Source: a virus (lineage: Duplodnaviria; Caudoviricetes). From it: a stretch of 64,000 bases of DNA. Positions 31,043 through 40,883 of this stretch are shown here, one piece after another. The notes below the pieces were generated by a model, which saw only the letters and a list, made by a program, of their open reading frames with translations, did no database searches and was not told the DNA's origin. The position numbers were made by a program, and so were the translations under genes. Location: the IMG/VR virus record IMGVR_UViG_3300047159_000046; one strand, given 5' to 3'. Position 1 is the stretch's first letter. Every line of letters starts with the position of its first letter.

Positions 31043-31141
31043 TTTATTAATTTTTTTTTATTTGTTATTTATATTTTAAAAAAATTATAAGCCAGCATTT
31101 GGTACACCGAATGTATATATGCGGAATATCCAATTTGTATG

Positions 31142-32380
31142 TCAAGCCTCATCAATACGTTTGACGTTGTGGCTTGTCATGAGTATATCGATGGCATCCA
31201 ATACTGCCCTTGTGGTTATATCCTCCGCTCTTAATACAATGGCGTTGGATGGATTTCCGTCAAGATAATTGATTAGCATCGTCTTGTCATCGCAGGCAAA
31301 TTCAAGACGGGCCTCATCCTTTTCAAGATTGTGCACTTTGAGGTAAATCTTGTGGGTATTGGCGGTGTCTATCACCTGTGACATGGTAAGCGGATACATT
31401 GCTGGCAAAAAGTAGGTCCACAGATACATGACAATTCCCTGCAATCCGACAATATCCTTGACTGCTGATTCTATGCTTGCTACGTCATAAGGAGCGCACA
31501 CCTCACATGTCTGCATCGCTACATTGTTGAAAGGGTTTCCGTCTGGTGTAACATACAGTCTGTTAATAGATATCTTTCGGTCTCCATTGTCCATATCGAA
31601 AAATATCTTGTCATACAGCAGTGATTTTTTGAATTTGAACTCGATGAATCCTTTTTCTGGCTCTGCAGTACTTAACTCCTTGACATCCTTTTTGTTCTCA
31701 CCCGTGACATCGTACACTTTTTCCATTATGGTATAGATAACGTCTATCCGACTTGGCGTGGTATATTCATATACCTTTTGAAGAGCCTCATCCAGAGTGC
31801 CATATTCATTGCTGACATATCCTCCGTTGCCGTAACCGAATTCTTTGTAGTTGCCGTAGCCGAAAACTTTGTATGTTGCCGAATTGTCCTTGTCGGAATA
31901 GTCTCTGTGCAGATTTATAAGTGCCATGCCGTTCCGTTGGGCTTCAATGGAATATCTGCTTGGTGTCCCGCTCTCCACCATGCTTGTGATGCTCCACTCT
32001 TTCTGGTTGATGTGTCTTTTCATTTCCATGGCATCGTGGACCATTGACGACATGCCGAATGACTGCTTGATTGTTCTGTACCATTCAAGCGTTTTATGTT
32101 TGTCAGCCTCATCAATATTCAATGATACAGTCTGTCCGTCTGTCCCGACTTTATCAATCTCCACTCTGTTTTTCACTGGAAGCAGTTTCATTGTTATGTT
32201 TCTGCAATATGGAAATCCCAGATGCTGAAAATCGAACTCAAGAATACTCATATCATCCTCGTCTACAATCATCTGTGTGGTGTAATTGTATCTGTCGGCT
32301 CCGAATATGGTTGTCATAACGCTTTTCAGCTCCACCGCCATACTGTTTTTCCAAAAAAACTTGTCTTTCTGTTTTTTCAT
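31142..32380 (-). CDS. Hypothetical protein
   Basis: 412-aa ORF. Confidence 0.75.
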   Translation of the reverse strand: MKKQKDKFFWKNSMAVELKSVMTTIFGADRYNYTTQMIVDEDDMSILEFDFQHLGFPYCRNITMKLLPVKNRVEIDKVGTDGQTVSLNIDEADKHKTLEWYRTIKQSFGMSSMVHDAMEMKRHINQKEWSITSMVESGTPSRYSIEAQRNGMALINLHRDYSDKDNSATYKVFGYGNYKEFGYGNGGYVSNEYGTLDEALQKVYEYTTPSRIDVIYTIMEKVYDVTGENKKDVKELSTAEPEKGFIEFKFKKSLLYDKIFFDMDNGDRKISINRLYVTPDGNPFNNVAMQTCEVCAPYDVASIESAVKDIVGLQGIVMYLWTYFLPAMYPLTMSQVIDTANTHKIYLKVHNLEKDEARLEFACDDKTMLINYLDGNPSNAIVLRAEDITTRAVLDAIDILMTSHNVKRIDEA

Positions 32381-32517
32381 ATTATGTCTTTAACTAAGTC
32401 CGCCGTTCATTAGGTCCTCCAACACAAACAAGCCAAACGCCAACCCACATCCAATAAAAAACAGTGCGACAAAACCGCCAATGGCTGCCAATATGTAAAG
32501 AATAATCATCCACATGG

Positions 32518-34533
32518 TTATTTGCCCTCCTGTTTTTCGGTTACCTCAATCTGTCTGATACACTCCTCGCAGTCGTGAATGATTTTCTTGTAGTCCAGCT
32601 TTCTCTGTTCCGCTTCGCTATATCCAGCATCCACTTTCTGTCTCAATACTCGCTTGACAATATCGTGGTCCCAGCTGTTAAGTTCGGGGTAATCAATCCA
32701 TATTGTCCATGGCTGTATGAAGTGCTTTGAGTAGTTGCTTGTTCCTGCGTTGTCGTTTCTTACTCCGCTGTTGTCAATGATTCCAAGTCTTTCAAGCTCC
32801 TTGTATAATCTTGCTGAAATCTGCTTGCACTTACAATCATCCTTGCACATTTCATTTGATATTACCTTGTCGTTGATATCTGAAATATGGTGTTCATTCT
32901 GCATGTTCTCCATAAATTCCTCTATCTGCTCTGGTGTCACATCGTTTATTGATGAGGCTTTTTTCTTTTCTTTCAGGCTCTTTGCGAACTCGTCAATCTT
33001 GTCTCTTGTCTCGTGCATCTTCTGGAATTCCTCCTTGTCCTCTTTTGACAGGTTTTTATCGGACATCACAATATGTTCCTGATCATTGGCCTCATCATAT
33101 ACACGTTTCTGTTTCGCTATCTCCATTGCTATCCATTCTCCAACACCCTCTGGACAATTCAATGGATAACTAATATATGTAATCATTGATGGCTCGCCCT
33201 GTGTGGTATAATTGACTTGGCTTTCTTCTATATAAACCGAATCATCGTTTATTTGGATATCAAAAAACAATTTGTATGGGAACCACTCCAGTTCACAACG
33301 GACTCCCATCCATGTGTAGGTATAAGACAACAATGTCCCTTTGTTATATCGCTCTATCTCTTTTCTGTACTTTTCGATCAAGTTGAGCAGGTCCTCAAAC
33401 TTGTCCGTTGTGTCATCATAGCATCGCTCGACTACAGCTGACTCTTCTTCGCCAAGGTATTCATCGCCTGACTTGACTACAGCTTCTGGCTTTCTTTCTC
33501 CCATGTCTTTCTTTTCTGCCGATATACATCCAGGTCCACCTACAATGATATCCCTGATGTTGTCTGGCACTTCTTTCTGGCTCTCCTCCTGCTCGTTCTG
33601 CATATCGCATGAATTGTCTGCAATCCAACGGCCAAGGTCGAATGATGTCTGGCTGGACATGACGTTGTACGGAACATTGCTGTCTCCAACGTATTTAGTG
33701 CATACATATTCTCCGTATCTCTCGTCAACGGTTATCTTGAATACCTCGTTTCCTTTGGTATTCTTTGCTATAAGCGTGCCTTGGGTGTTCATATCATATT
33801 CAAGATATCCGTATTCCTTGTCTATCTCTGTCTGCAATTTGTTGTCTCTCAGTGTCTGTTTGAGATACTCGTTACGGTTAAGTATCTCTGTCGCATACTG
33901 GCTGTTGATGTACCACTTTTTGGCTTTGTCGTACATATCCTTTCCGACATTGACGAACTGTCTTGGCTTGTCGCAGTCAATACAGATGATGCGACCTGAA
34001 TAGTCGTACGAAATCATAGGATAGGTTGATGAAGGTCTGAATTTGCTGAACGGATTCCTGTATTCAACTCCCACTCCCACGACTGGATTGCTGTTGATGC
34101 TGGCCACAATCTTTAAGCACAACGGCTCCATGGACACGGCCCACTCTTCCCATGAGTCCCACAGACCGTTCCTGTTGTCCTTTGCCCGCAGGTGAATGGT
34201 CGGATCCATGAAATCCTTTAGCTCAAACGCTTTGTAATCTATGTCCTCTATAAACGTTCTATCTTCCCCCCATACTCTGAACTCTTTGAGAATAAGGCAT
34301 TTGTCTTGCTTGTCAAACATGGACACGATAACATCAAAGTACATGTAGCTAATCATAAATTCAGCATCCGCTCTGTTGTACGCTCCTTTGGGATCTATAT
34401 AGGACCTGTCGTTCGCTTCGGGACTATCATCATAACTTACCGTCACCCCTCCGCCAAAATCCTCGTTGACAATTTTTGACAGCTCCTCAAACTTCTCTTT
34501 CAGATTCATCTGATTCTCATCTTTTGTACTCAT
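32518..34533 (-). CDS. Large protein with C-terminal DUF3310-like domain
   Basis: AGTSNYSKHFIQPW...DIVKRVLR...DYKKIIH resembles the DUF3310 pattern; start trimmed to MSTKDE. Confidence 0.6.
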   Translation of the reverse strand: MSTKDENQMNLKEKFEELSKIVNEDFGGGVTVSYDDSPEANDRSYIDPKGAYNRADAEFMISYMYFDVIVSMFDKQDKCLILKEFRVWGEDRTFIEDIDYKAFELKDFMDPTIHLRAKDNRNGLWDSWEEWAVSMEPLCLKIVASINSNPVVGVGVEYRNPFSKFRPSSTYPMISYDYSGRIICIDCDKPRQFVNVGKDMYDKAKKWYINSQYATEILNRNEYLKQTLRDNKLQTEIDKEYGYLEYDMNTQGTLIAKNTKGNEVFKITVDERYGEYVCTKYVGDSNVPYNVMSSQTSFDLGRWIADNSCDMQNEQEESQKEVPDNIRDIIVGGPGCISAEKKDMGERKPEAVVKSGDEYLGEEESAVVERCYDDTTDKFEDLLNLIEKYRKEIERYNKGTLLSYTYTWMGVRCELEWFPYKLFFDIQINDDSVYIEESQVNYTTQGEPSMITYISYPLNCPEGVGEWIAMEIAKQKRVYDEANDQEHIVMSDKNLSKEDKEEFQKMHETRDKIDEFAKSLKEKKKASSINDVTPEQIEEFMENMQNEHHISDINDKVISNEMCKDDCKCKQISARLYKELERLGIIDNSGVRNDNAGTSNYSKHFIQPWTIWIDYPELNSWDHDIVKRVLRQKVDAGYSEAEQRKLDYKKIIHDCEECIRQIEVTEKQEGK

Positions 34534-34661
34534 ATAATATAATTTTATTATCTGCAAATATATGTGTTTTTATTTGTATTCTTTCTTTTTTCAACAAAAA
34601 AAAGCAGCCAGATAACGTTTTTTAACATTTCTGGCTGCTTTATTATGCTGATAGTTTTCCC

Positions 34662-35168
34662 TTATTGCTGTCCGTTGGCGGAGTCCTTGCTTATTCCCGA
34701 CTGTATTCTTTTCAGGTTGTCCATGGCTCCAAGACTCCAGTCGTAGGCTTGTTTGTAATTTCCCTGCTCTATGCACTGGGACATCTTCTCCATCTGGGCA
34801 TTGGCATACTGGCAATACGTCAGGAATGAGTTGTTGTACGCATCCCGTGACTGGTTCTGGCTGTTGCCTCCTGCGTTGGCCTGCGTGAACTGGTACTTGC
34901 CATTCTTGTCCTGCTGCGCATATCCGAACCGCTGCTGTTGTGGCTGCTGTTGCTGCTGCTGTCCGTTCCCGTTGTTCTGCTGTTGCTGTTGTCCGTTATT
35001 GCCTGCTGGATATGGATTGGCTTGGTAACTCTGATTGTTCCCTCCGTTCACAAATCCGTTCCACGCTCCTCGCATGCGGTTCATCATCCCTTCGTTCAAT
35101 GCTCGGCTGATGTTCTTACTGATTATTCTGTCCAGCCTGCGCTCGTTTATCATTCTTCTCATTGTCAT
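34662..35168 (-). CDS. Gln/Asn-rich protein with INE/LNE leader (putative internal head protein)
   Basis: MINERRLDRIISKNISRALNE leader; TATTTATA just upstream. Confidence 0.7.
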   Translation of the reverse strand: MTMRRMINERRLDRIISKNISRALNEGMMNRMRGAWNGFVNGGNNQSYQANPYPAGNNGQQQQQNNGNGQQQQQQPQQQRFGYAQQDKNGKYQFTQANAGGNSQNQSRDAYNNSFLTYCQYANAQMEKMSQCIEQGNYKQAYDWSLGAMDNLKRIQSGISKDSANGQQ

Positions 35169-35843
35169 TTTATTTGTTTATAAATAGTATCTTTTTTCAT
35201 ATACCTTATATATATGACAAAAAAAAATCTTGGCTAACCATACTCCTTTTTTTCGTACAGCCAACCTAAACCGTTTATTTTCAGTGACTTAATTGCAGTA
35301 TATAAATGCAGAATCGCGAGTTTGGCAATGCCGTAGCGGGTCCTTATCTTACCCTGCGTTTTCTACTGCTATCTCATCACTTTATGTCCGAACGGCTCCT
35401 GTCTACTTCGTTCATCGTACCTGTCGGCTTCTGCTAAGCGGGGTCCTAAGACAATGCCCATCGGCTCTATCGGTATCCAGTACTTTCGATTTCTTCCGTT
35501 CACTCTATAAATAGTACCACAATCACTTTTTTCTGCTTTTTTTCGTGTTTTATTTGCTTTTCTTATTCCTTTTCCGTATCTTTGTCCTGTAAACAATTAA
35601 ACAATATGCAGAAAAAGAAAAAACATACAGCTCTCCAGCATTTCCCATGACGGACAGTGGAATTTCGCTGAACGTTTAAGTTTTTTAACATTTAAACTAC
35701 TTGTTTAACTTTAAGTGGTTAAAGCGTTGATACTCAACAATATAAGCATTAAAGTCTAAAGTATCGGTTTAGATGTTAAATTTCCTTAAAATTATTTAAA
35801 CAATTTGTTGAGGTCTTTTGATGCAACTCGCTGATTATCAGGC

Positions 35844-36275
35844 ACGTAAAGAAAGTACGCAATCGACTGGGAAGCGAACGTAGATATAGTACGGTGCCGA
35901 CTTGGGAGCGAACGTAAAACGGTAAAGTGCTTACGGCACTTCCGAGCGGTAGTGTTTAAAGGCGAACGTAGATAAAGTACTCAATCGACTGGGAAGCGAA
36001 CGTAGAGAGAGTACGGTGCCGACTTAGGAACAGGCGTAAAACGGCAAAGTGTTTAGGGCACTTCCGAGCTGGAGTATCAGGGAACAAACGTAAAGAGAGT
36101 ACGCAACCGAATTGGGAACAAACGTAAAAATAGAATAGTGTCGACTGGGGAGCGAACGTAAAACGTTTAAGTGTTTAGGGCACTTCCGAGCGAGAGTACT
36201 TAAAGGCGAACGTAAAGACAGTACGGTGCTGACTTAAAAACGGACGTAAAACGACTAAGTAAAACGACTAAGTAA
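35844..36275 (+). repeat. Hierarchical tandem repeat, 122-bp period (34+34+54 bp subunits beginning ACGTA)
   Basis: Subunit starts at 35844, 35878, 35912, 35966, 36000, 36034, 36088, 36122, 36156, 36210 and 36244; non-coding; at the strand switch. Confidence 0.9.
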
Positions 36276-36299
36276 TTACATAAAAAAACAAAAAAAAAT

Positions 36300-36809
36300 A
36301 TGAGTGAGAATATTATTAGTGAAGCGATTGGTTTTGACTATCGCAGTTGTGTAGGGAATGGGAGTGTATTCAAGTTTCCGTTAGACAGATACAGGTATAT
36401 TACACTGGAGCGGGGTACTGGGAACGTGGTATCGTTATGGGAGGAGCGTAACAATGTCACATGCAGTGGGCTTGTGCCTTGCAGGTTGTGGGAGAAGAGG
36501 ATGGAGACAGAGGGGCCTGATGGGTTGAATTTCTTTGACATGTTGTTTTTTGATGCGATGGGGATAAAGAAGAAGAGGGTGTATATGGAGATAGGTCAAG
36601 ACGGGATAATGGAGTTTAGGAGTGGGGAATATCCACATGAGGGCATTAGGATAAGGATTAACGGCCATGATAATTTAGCCAATAATATATATTGCAGGAT
36701 GGACAAGGATGAGGAGGGAAATGCAGGTATGAGTTGCAGGATAAAGGATGACGGGTGTTGTGACAGCGTGAATGGATTATGGGGGATGATTTCCGAAAAA
36801 AATGTATAG
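36300..36809 (+). CDS. Family G hypothetical protein
   Basis: GLNFFDMLFFDAMG shared with 36879; G-rich codons. Confidence 0.75.
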   Translation: MSENIISEAIGFDYRSCVGNGSVFKFPLDRYRYITLERGTGNVVSLWEERNNVTCSGLVPCRLWEKRMETEGPDGLNFFDMLFFDAMGIKKKRVYMEIGQDGIMEFRSGEYPHEGIRIRINGHDNLANNIYCRMDKDEEGNAGMSCRIKDDGCCDSVNGLWGMISEKNV

Positions 36810-36878
36810 TAAAAAGTTGCATATAAGAAAAGAAACAGTTAACTTTGTGGGGTAAATAAAAAAAAGAAAATAAATAAA

Positions 36879-37355
36879 ATGAAAAAGAAGTATATTGCGG
36901 ATGGGTTCTCAACGATTGAGAATATGGACTGTTTCAGGTTCAGGTGTGGTAGTGGTGTATACATGCAGCTGTCGAGGGATGGGAATAGGATATCGCTTAT
37001 GGTAAAGGAAAAGGGAAAAGAAGCGCATGAGATAATGGGTATCAATATATGTATAAAGTATCCTGTGGGGTTGAATCTGTTTGACCTGTTGTATTACAAC
37101 GCTATGGGATTAAGGTGTAAAAGGGTGACAATGACTATTGGTCATGACGGGTATATTTCATTTGGGACCTTTGGTGGTAAAGGGGAGAATATAAAGATAG
37201 TCATCAGTGACCATGGTTCTTCCAATGTAAAGATATATGGTGGTGGAAATGGGAACTGGGTTGGAGTGACACATTTCTATGATTGTTATTCGGATGAGAT
37301 ATATGCTGTGGAAAAGATCAAGAGTCTCTGGTTGTTGCTAAATGCGATAGGATGA
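36879..37355 (+). CDS. Family G hypothetical protein
   Basis: GLNLFDLLYYNAMG; promoter TAACTTTG at 36840. Confidence 0.75.
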   Translation: MKKKYIADGFSTIENMDCFRFRCGSGVYMQLSRDGNRISLMVKEKGKEAHEIMGINICIKYPVGLNLFDLLYYNAMGLRCKRVTMTIGHDGYISFGTFGGKGENIKIVISDHGSSNVKIYGGGNGNWVGVTHFYDCYSDEIYAVEKIKSLWLLLNAIG

Positions 37356-37449
37356 GAAAAAAGACCATATTACTGGGGGGAGTAAAATGGTCTGGGGTGT
37401 TGGATGGTGGATTATTATTCAGCAATAGAATATATAGATGTTCCCCATG

Positions 37450-37731
37450 TGTTCCCCCTCCTTGTTTTACGGTTAATTGGGGATTACGGGGGAACATTGA
37501 TTAAACAATGAAACAATATTTTTTTAATTATATATATATGATAGACGATAATAAAGATAAAGAAGAGGACAACAAGCAGGGCTTGGATAATAGCGTGGCG
37601 GATATGAGTGATTTGTGGTGTATTCCCTGCGGTATGGTGGTAATAAACAAAACAAAACAATAGATATATGTTTTTTCTCCCTCCCCCCCCCTCCGTGTTT
37701 TACGGTTAATTGGGGATTACGGGGGGGAAAA
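37450..37731 (+). repeat. Two copies of a C-tract/G-tract hairpin with an identical 30-bp core
   Basis: TGTTTTACGGTTAATTGGGGATTACGGGGG at 37463-37492 and 37696-37725. Confidence 0.85.
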
Positions 37732-37763
37732 TATAAATAATAAAATAATAAATAAATAAGAAA

Positions 37764-38339
37764 ATGATACGATTAATTGCAGCTAAAAACGGCAGTTTCG
37801 GATATAATTGGGTGTATATCAAACAAGACGTTTTTAATTTTTATGTTACAGACAAATATGGACATGTGGATACAGAGTGTCCGCTAAGAATTAGCCTTGT
37901 TCACGGGACAGACAACATACTGACACTGGACATGTCCCATGATATGGACAATGTTGATTTGAAAGGACAGGCCAAATACGATGTGACACTGTGGAGCATG
38001 GACATGAGACTTGAGCAAAGCGTAATATTGCGCAACCTTCTGTTTTTCTCAAGTATCAGTGATGCCAATGATGATATCGAAATGAAGATAGAAGCAGACG
38101 GAAAACTTTCCATGGGAATAAAGGGAAAGATACAGATACAGATAATCATCAGCGATGATGATCCGTGGAGTCTGCGTATAGCAACACATGGAGCAAAAAT
38201 GGCAAAAGACAATGTGATACAATGCGACTTTGCAGATAATCATCACATATCAAAAGAAGGTATATGTATCAGGTCCCTGTATGAAATAATGAAAAGTATG
38301 GGAGCCTATGATTCCAATTGCGATGAATCGGATAAATAA
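37764..38339 (+). CDS. Family G-like hypothetical protein
   Basis: LWSMDM...SVILRNLLFF, similar to 38352. Confidence 0.7.
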   Translation: MIRLIAAKNGSFGYNWVYIKQDVFNFYVTDKYGHVDTECPLRISLVHGTDNILTLDMSHDMDNVDLKGQAKYDVTLWSMDMRLEQSVILRNLLFFSSISDANDDIEMKIEADGKLSMGIKGKIQIQIIISDDDPWSLRIATHGAKMAKDNVIQCDFADNHHISKEGICIRSLYEIMKSMGAYDSNCDESDK

Positions 38340-38351
38340 AAATAAACAAAT

Positions 38352-38876
38352 ATGATAGAATTAATAGCGAGTAACAGAAAGCAGATCCTAAGGGATGATT
38401 TATCCGATAATGACTATCTTGTATTCCCTGTAAAAACTGGAGAAAAAAACACAATAGAGCTGGCACTTAAAAGATCAGAATGTGGAATCAACAGATTAAC
38501 TCTGCGTATGAAAAGAAATTTTGACGATGTCGGGAAGTTGCCATCTATCATCAAGTTATGGGAGGTGGATATGGATATGAATTCATCGGTCAATATATGT
38601 GACCTTTTATGTTTTGGCAGTCTTGATGGCAATCAGGATATCTTTGTCAACATAAGCGAAAATGGAGGACTGGTGTTTTTTCTAAAGAACGGAATCCATA
38701 TACATTATCATGACGTTCACACACAAATCAAATTCACATACAACAAAGACAATAAGTTTGATGACGGTCCCAATACCGCAGGTATGACTCTAAGAAATGC
38801 CGATACATATCCAGATTACGACATAAAAGCGTTATATCAAATTCTAAAGGAATTCGGATGCAAGGACAAGGAATAA
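38352..38876 (+). CDS. Family G-like hypothetical protein
   Basis: LWEVDM...SVNICDLLCF. Confidence 0.7.
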   Translation: MIELIASNRKQILRDDLSDNDYLVFPVKTGEKNTIELALKRSECGINRLTLRMKRNFDDVGKLPSIIKLWEVDMDMNSSVNICDLLCFGSLDGNQDIFVNISENGGLVFFLKNGIHIHYHDVHTQIKFTYNKDNKFDDGPNTAGMTLRNADTYPDYDIKALYQILKEFGCKDKE

Positions 38877-39190
38877 TCAATTACATAAAAATATCATGTG
38901 TACCAAAAATAAACTGTTATCTCTCGGTTTTACAGATGATGAAATCAACAATGCCAGATAGACATATCAAAAGAGAGGATCAACGGAAAGATGCATACAA
39001 AGGAATTGAATATATATCTGGACCATACTTTCAATGATGACAAACAGATATGCAAAAAGATGTGGTTTCACCTGTATATGGGCAATAACTATTCACAATA
39101 TTACATGATGACACTGGATGGAGACAAGTTGCATCGTTCTTTGTTCTCCGTTCATAAATCAGCTTTTTTAAATTTCAATATAAAATAAAT

Positions 39191-39454
39191 ATGACCAGAA
39201 AATTAGATTTGGAAGAAGGAGATATTCTGACAACACCATCAGGAACTCAATACAAGTTAATGCAGACGTCAATCGAATACAGGGAATATGGCATAGTTCA
39301 CAATGATGGTTGGCGCAAACAGAGAACCATAAAGCAGTACATCAGAAACAATGAGAAACAACTGCTGATAGGATTCGCATTTGGTATGACATTGACCTTC
39401 GCTGTATGTATAACAATATACCTGTGCTTTTTGAGAAAGAAGAATAAGGAATAA
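39191..39454 (+). CDS. Small protein with C-terminal TM helix
   Basis: LLIGFAFGMTLTFAVCITIYLCF. Confidence 0.65.
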   Translation: MTRKLDLEEGDILTTPSGTQYKLMQTSIEYREYGIVHNDGWRKQRTIKQYIRNNEKQLLIGFAFGMTLTFAVCITIYLCFLRKKNKE

Positions 39455-39462
39455 TAAGAATT

Positions 39463-40236
39463 ATGGTAAAAATAATCAGCAAAATAGAATCTTTGTTTTC
39501 ACAAGAATCTGCAGATGATGTCGATAATGTGGAACCACAATCTGAAAATAGCGAATCGGGAATTTCTGGTTATAGGATTTATAGTCCTTCTCAAAAAAGA
39601 AGAACAATGATAAATGAGTTGCCAGAGTTTTATCCAGACTTTCCCGAAGATAAATATGATATCATTTATTGCGATCCTCCTTGGGACTACGGAGGCAAAA
39701 TGCAATTTGATAAATCAAGCAAAAAATCTGAAAATAAAAATTGGCAAAGGAATATTTTTATCAGCGCAGCCAATTTCAAATATCCCACAATAAAAACGAA
39801 AATAATGGAGAAACTCCCTGTTCAAGATATATGTGCAGATGATTGTCTTTTGTTTATGTGGGTTACCAATCCTCATCTGGCCCAAGGAATAGAATTAGGC
39901 CTGTCATGGGGATTTGAATATAAAACCGTTGGTTTTGTATGGGATAAGTGCAATCACAATCCAGGACAATATACACTATCTAATTGTGAATTGTGTCTGA
40001 TTTTCAAAAAAGGAAAAATTCCCACTCCGAGAGGGTCTCGAAATATTCAGCAATTAGTTAGGATTCCAAGAACCGAGCATAGCAGGAAACCAATAGAAGT
40101 ACTTCACAAAATAGAAGAGATGTTTCCGACACAAAAGAAAATTGAATTATTTGCACGGCATAAACCATTAGGTTGGGATGTGTGGGGACTGGATGTAAGA
40201 GAGGAGACCAATAAAGACAAAAACAAACCAGTATGA
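39463..40236 (+). CDS. MT-A70 family N6-adenine methyltransferase
   Basis: YDIIYCDPPW, LFMWVT, WGFEYKT..FVWDK, HSRKP and IELFAR motifs. Confidence 0.92.
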   Translation: MVKIISKIESLFSQESADDVDNVEPQSENSESGISGYRIYSPSQKRRTMINELPEFYPDFPEDKYDIIYCDPPWDYGGKMQFDKSSKKSENKNWQRNIFISAANFKYPTIKTKIMEKLPVQDICADDCLLFMWVTNPHLAQGIELGLSWGFEYKTVGFVWDKCNHNPGQYTLSNCELCLIFKKGKIPTPRGSRNIQQLVRIPRTEHSRKPIEVLHKIEEMFPTQKKIELFARHKPLGWDVWGLDVREETNKDKNKPV

Positions 40237-40406
40237 TAAAAATATTTAAATTTATATTCAAAACAACAGTGATGATATTGCTCATGATTATTGGTGGAAT
40301 CTCACTGACAATACACATGCTAATAATAATAGCAACATCTTTTTTTGAAGATCTAAAAGATAACATAAATGAACTAATGAATAAAGACAAAAACAAAGAA
40401 GTATGA
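40233..40406 (+). CDS. Small membrane protein (57 aa), paralogue 1
   Basis: Not in the ORF track. MIKIFKFIFKTTVMILLMIIGGISLTIHMLIII...; ATGA overlap with the upstream gene. Confidence 0.6.
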   Translation: MIKIFKFIFKTTVMILLMIIGGISLTIHMLIIIATSFFEDLKDNINELMNKDKNKEV

Positions 40407-40558
40407 TAACGATATTCAACACAACAGTGATGATATTACTAATGATTATTGGGATTGCGCTAACAATACGCATACTAATAATGATGTCAAAATGGTTTCT
40501 TGTGGATCTAAAAGAATTAATAGATAATATCAAGAGACTAAGAAACAAAGACAAATAA
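40403..40558 (+). CDS. Small membrane protein (51 aa), paralogue 2
   Basis: Not in the ORF track. MITIFNTTVMILLMIIGIALTIRILI...; ATGA overlap. Confidence 0.6.
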   Translation: MITIFNTTVMILLMIIGIALTIRILIMMSKWFLVDLKELIDNIKRLRNKDK

Positions 40559-40883
40559 AAACAAAATAAAAAAAAGAACCAGAATGAACACGTTAGAACA
40601 ATTTTTTCAAAGCAGCTTTTTTATAGGAAACCTAAGAGCATGGATTTTCTGTATCACGGTAATGGTAAGTGCGCTCACTCTTTACTGTATCATGAAGCTA
40701 TTCAGATTTATAATGACAAAAATGCTTGAGTTTTAACAACAAAAAAAACAAACAAAATGATAGAACAAAAGAAAATTGAATCATCAATAGAGTTTAAATC
40801 ATCAACCGAGTTATATTATGATTCAGTAATAAAAATGATTATTGAAAACAATGACAACAATTCTAATTCAAACAATTAATAAT

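Noticed and set aside
399-34003. Most plus-strand ORFs of the six-frame track in the left half
   Set aside because: They are antisense overlaps of better-supported minus-strand genes and lack their own promoter or start context.
34771-35183. Cys-rich and Leu-rich plus-strand ORFs
   Set aside because: They are antisense shadows of the CAG/CAA-rich gene 34662..35168.
35844-36275. CRISPR array or tRNA cluster
   Set aside because: All subunits are mutually related with no repeat/unique-spacer alternation, and there are no cloverleaf or T-loop motifs.
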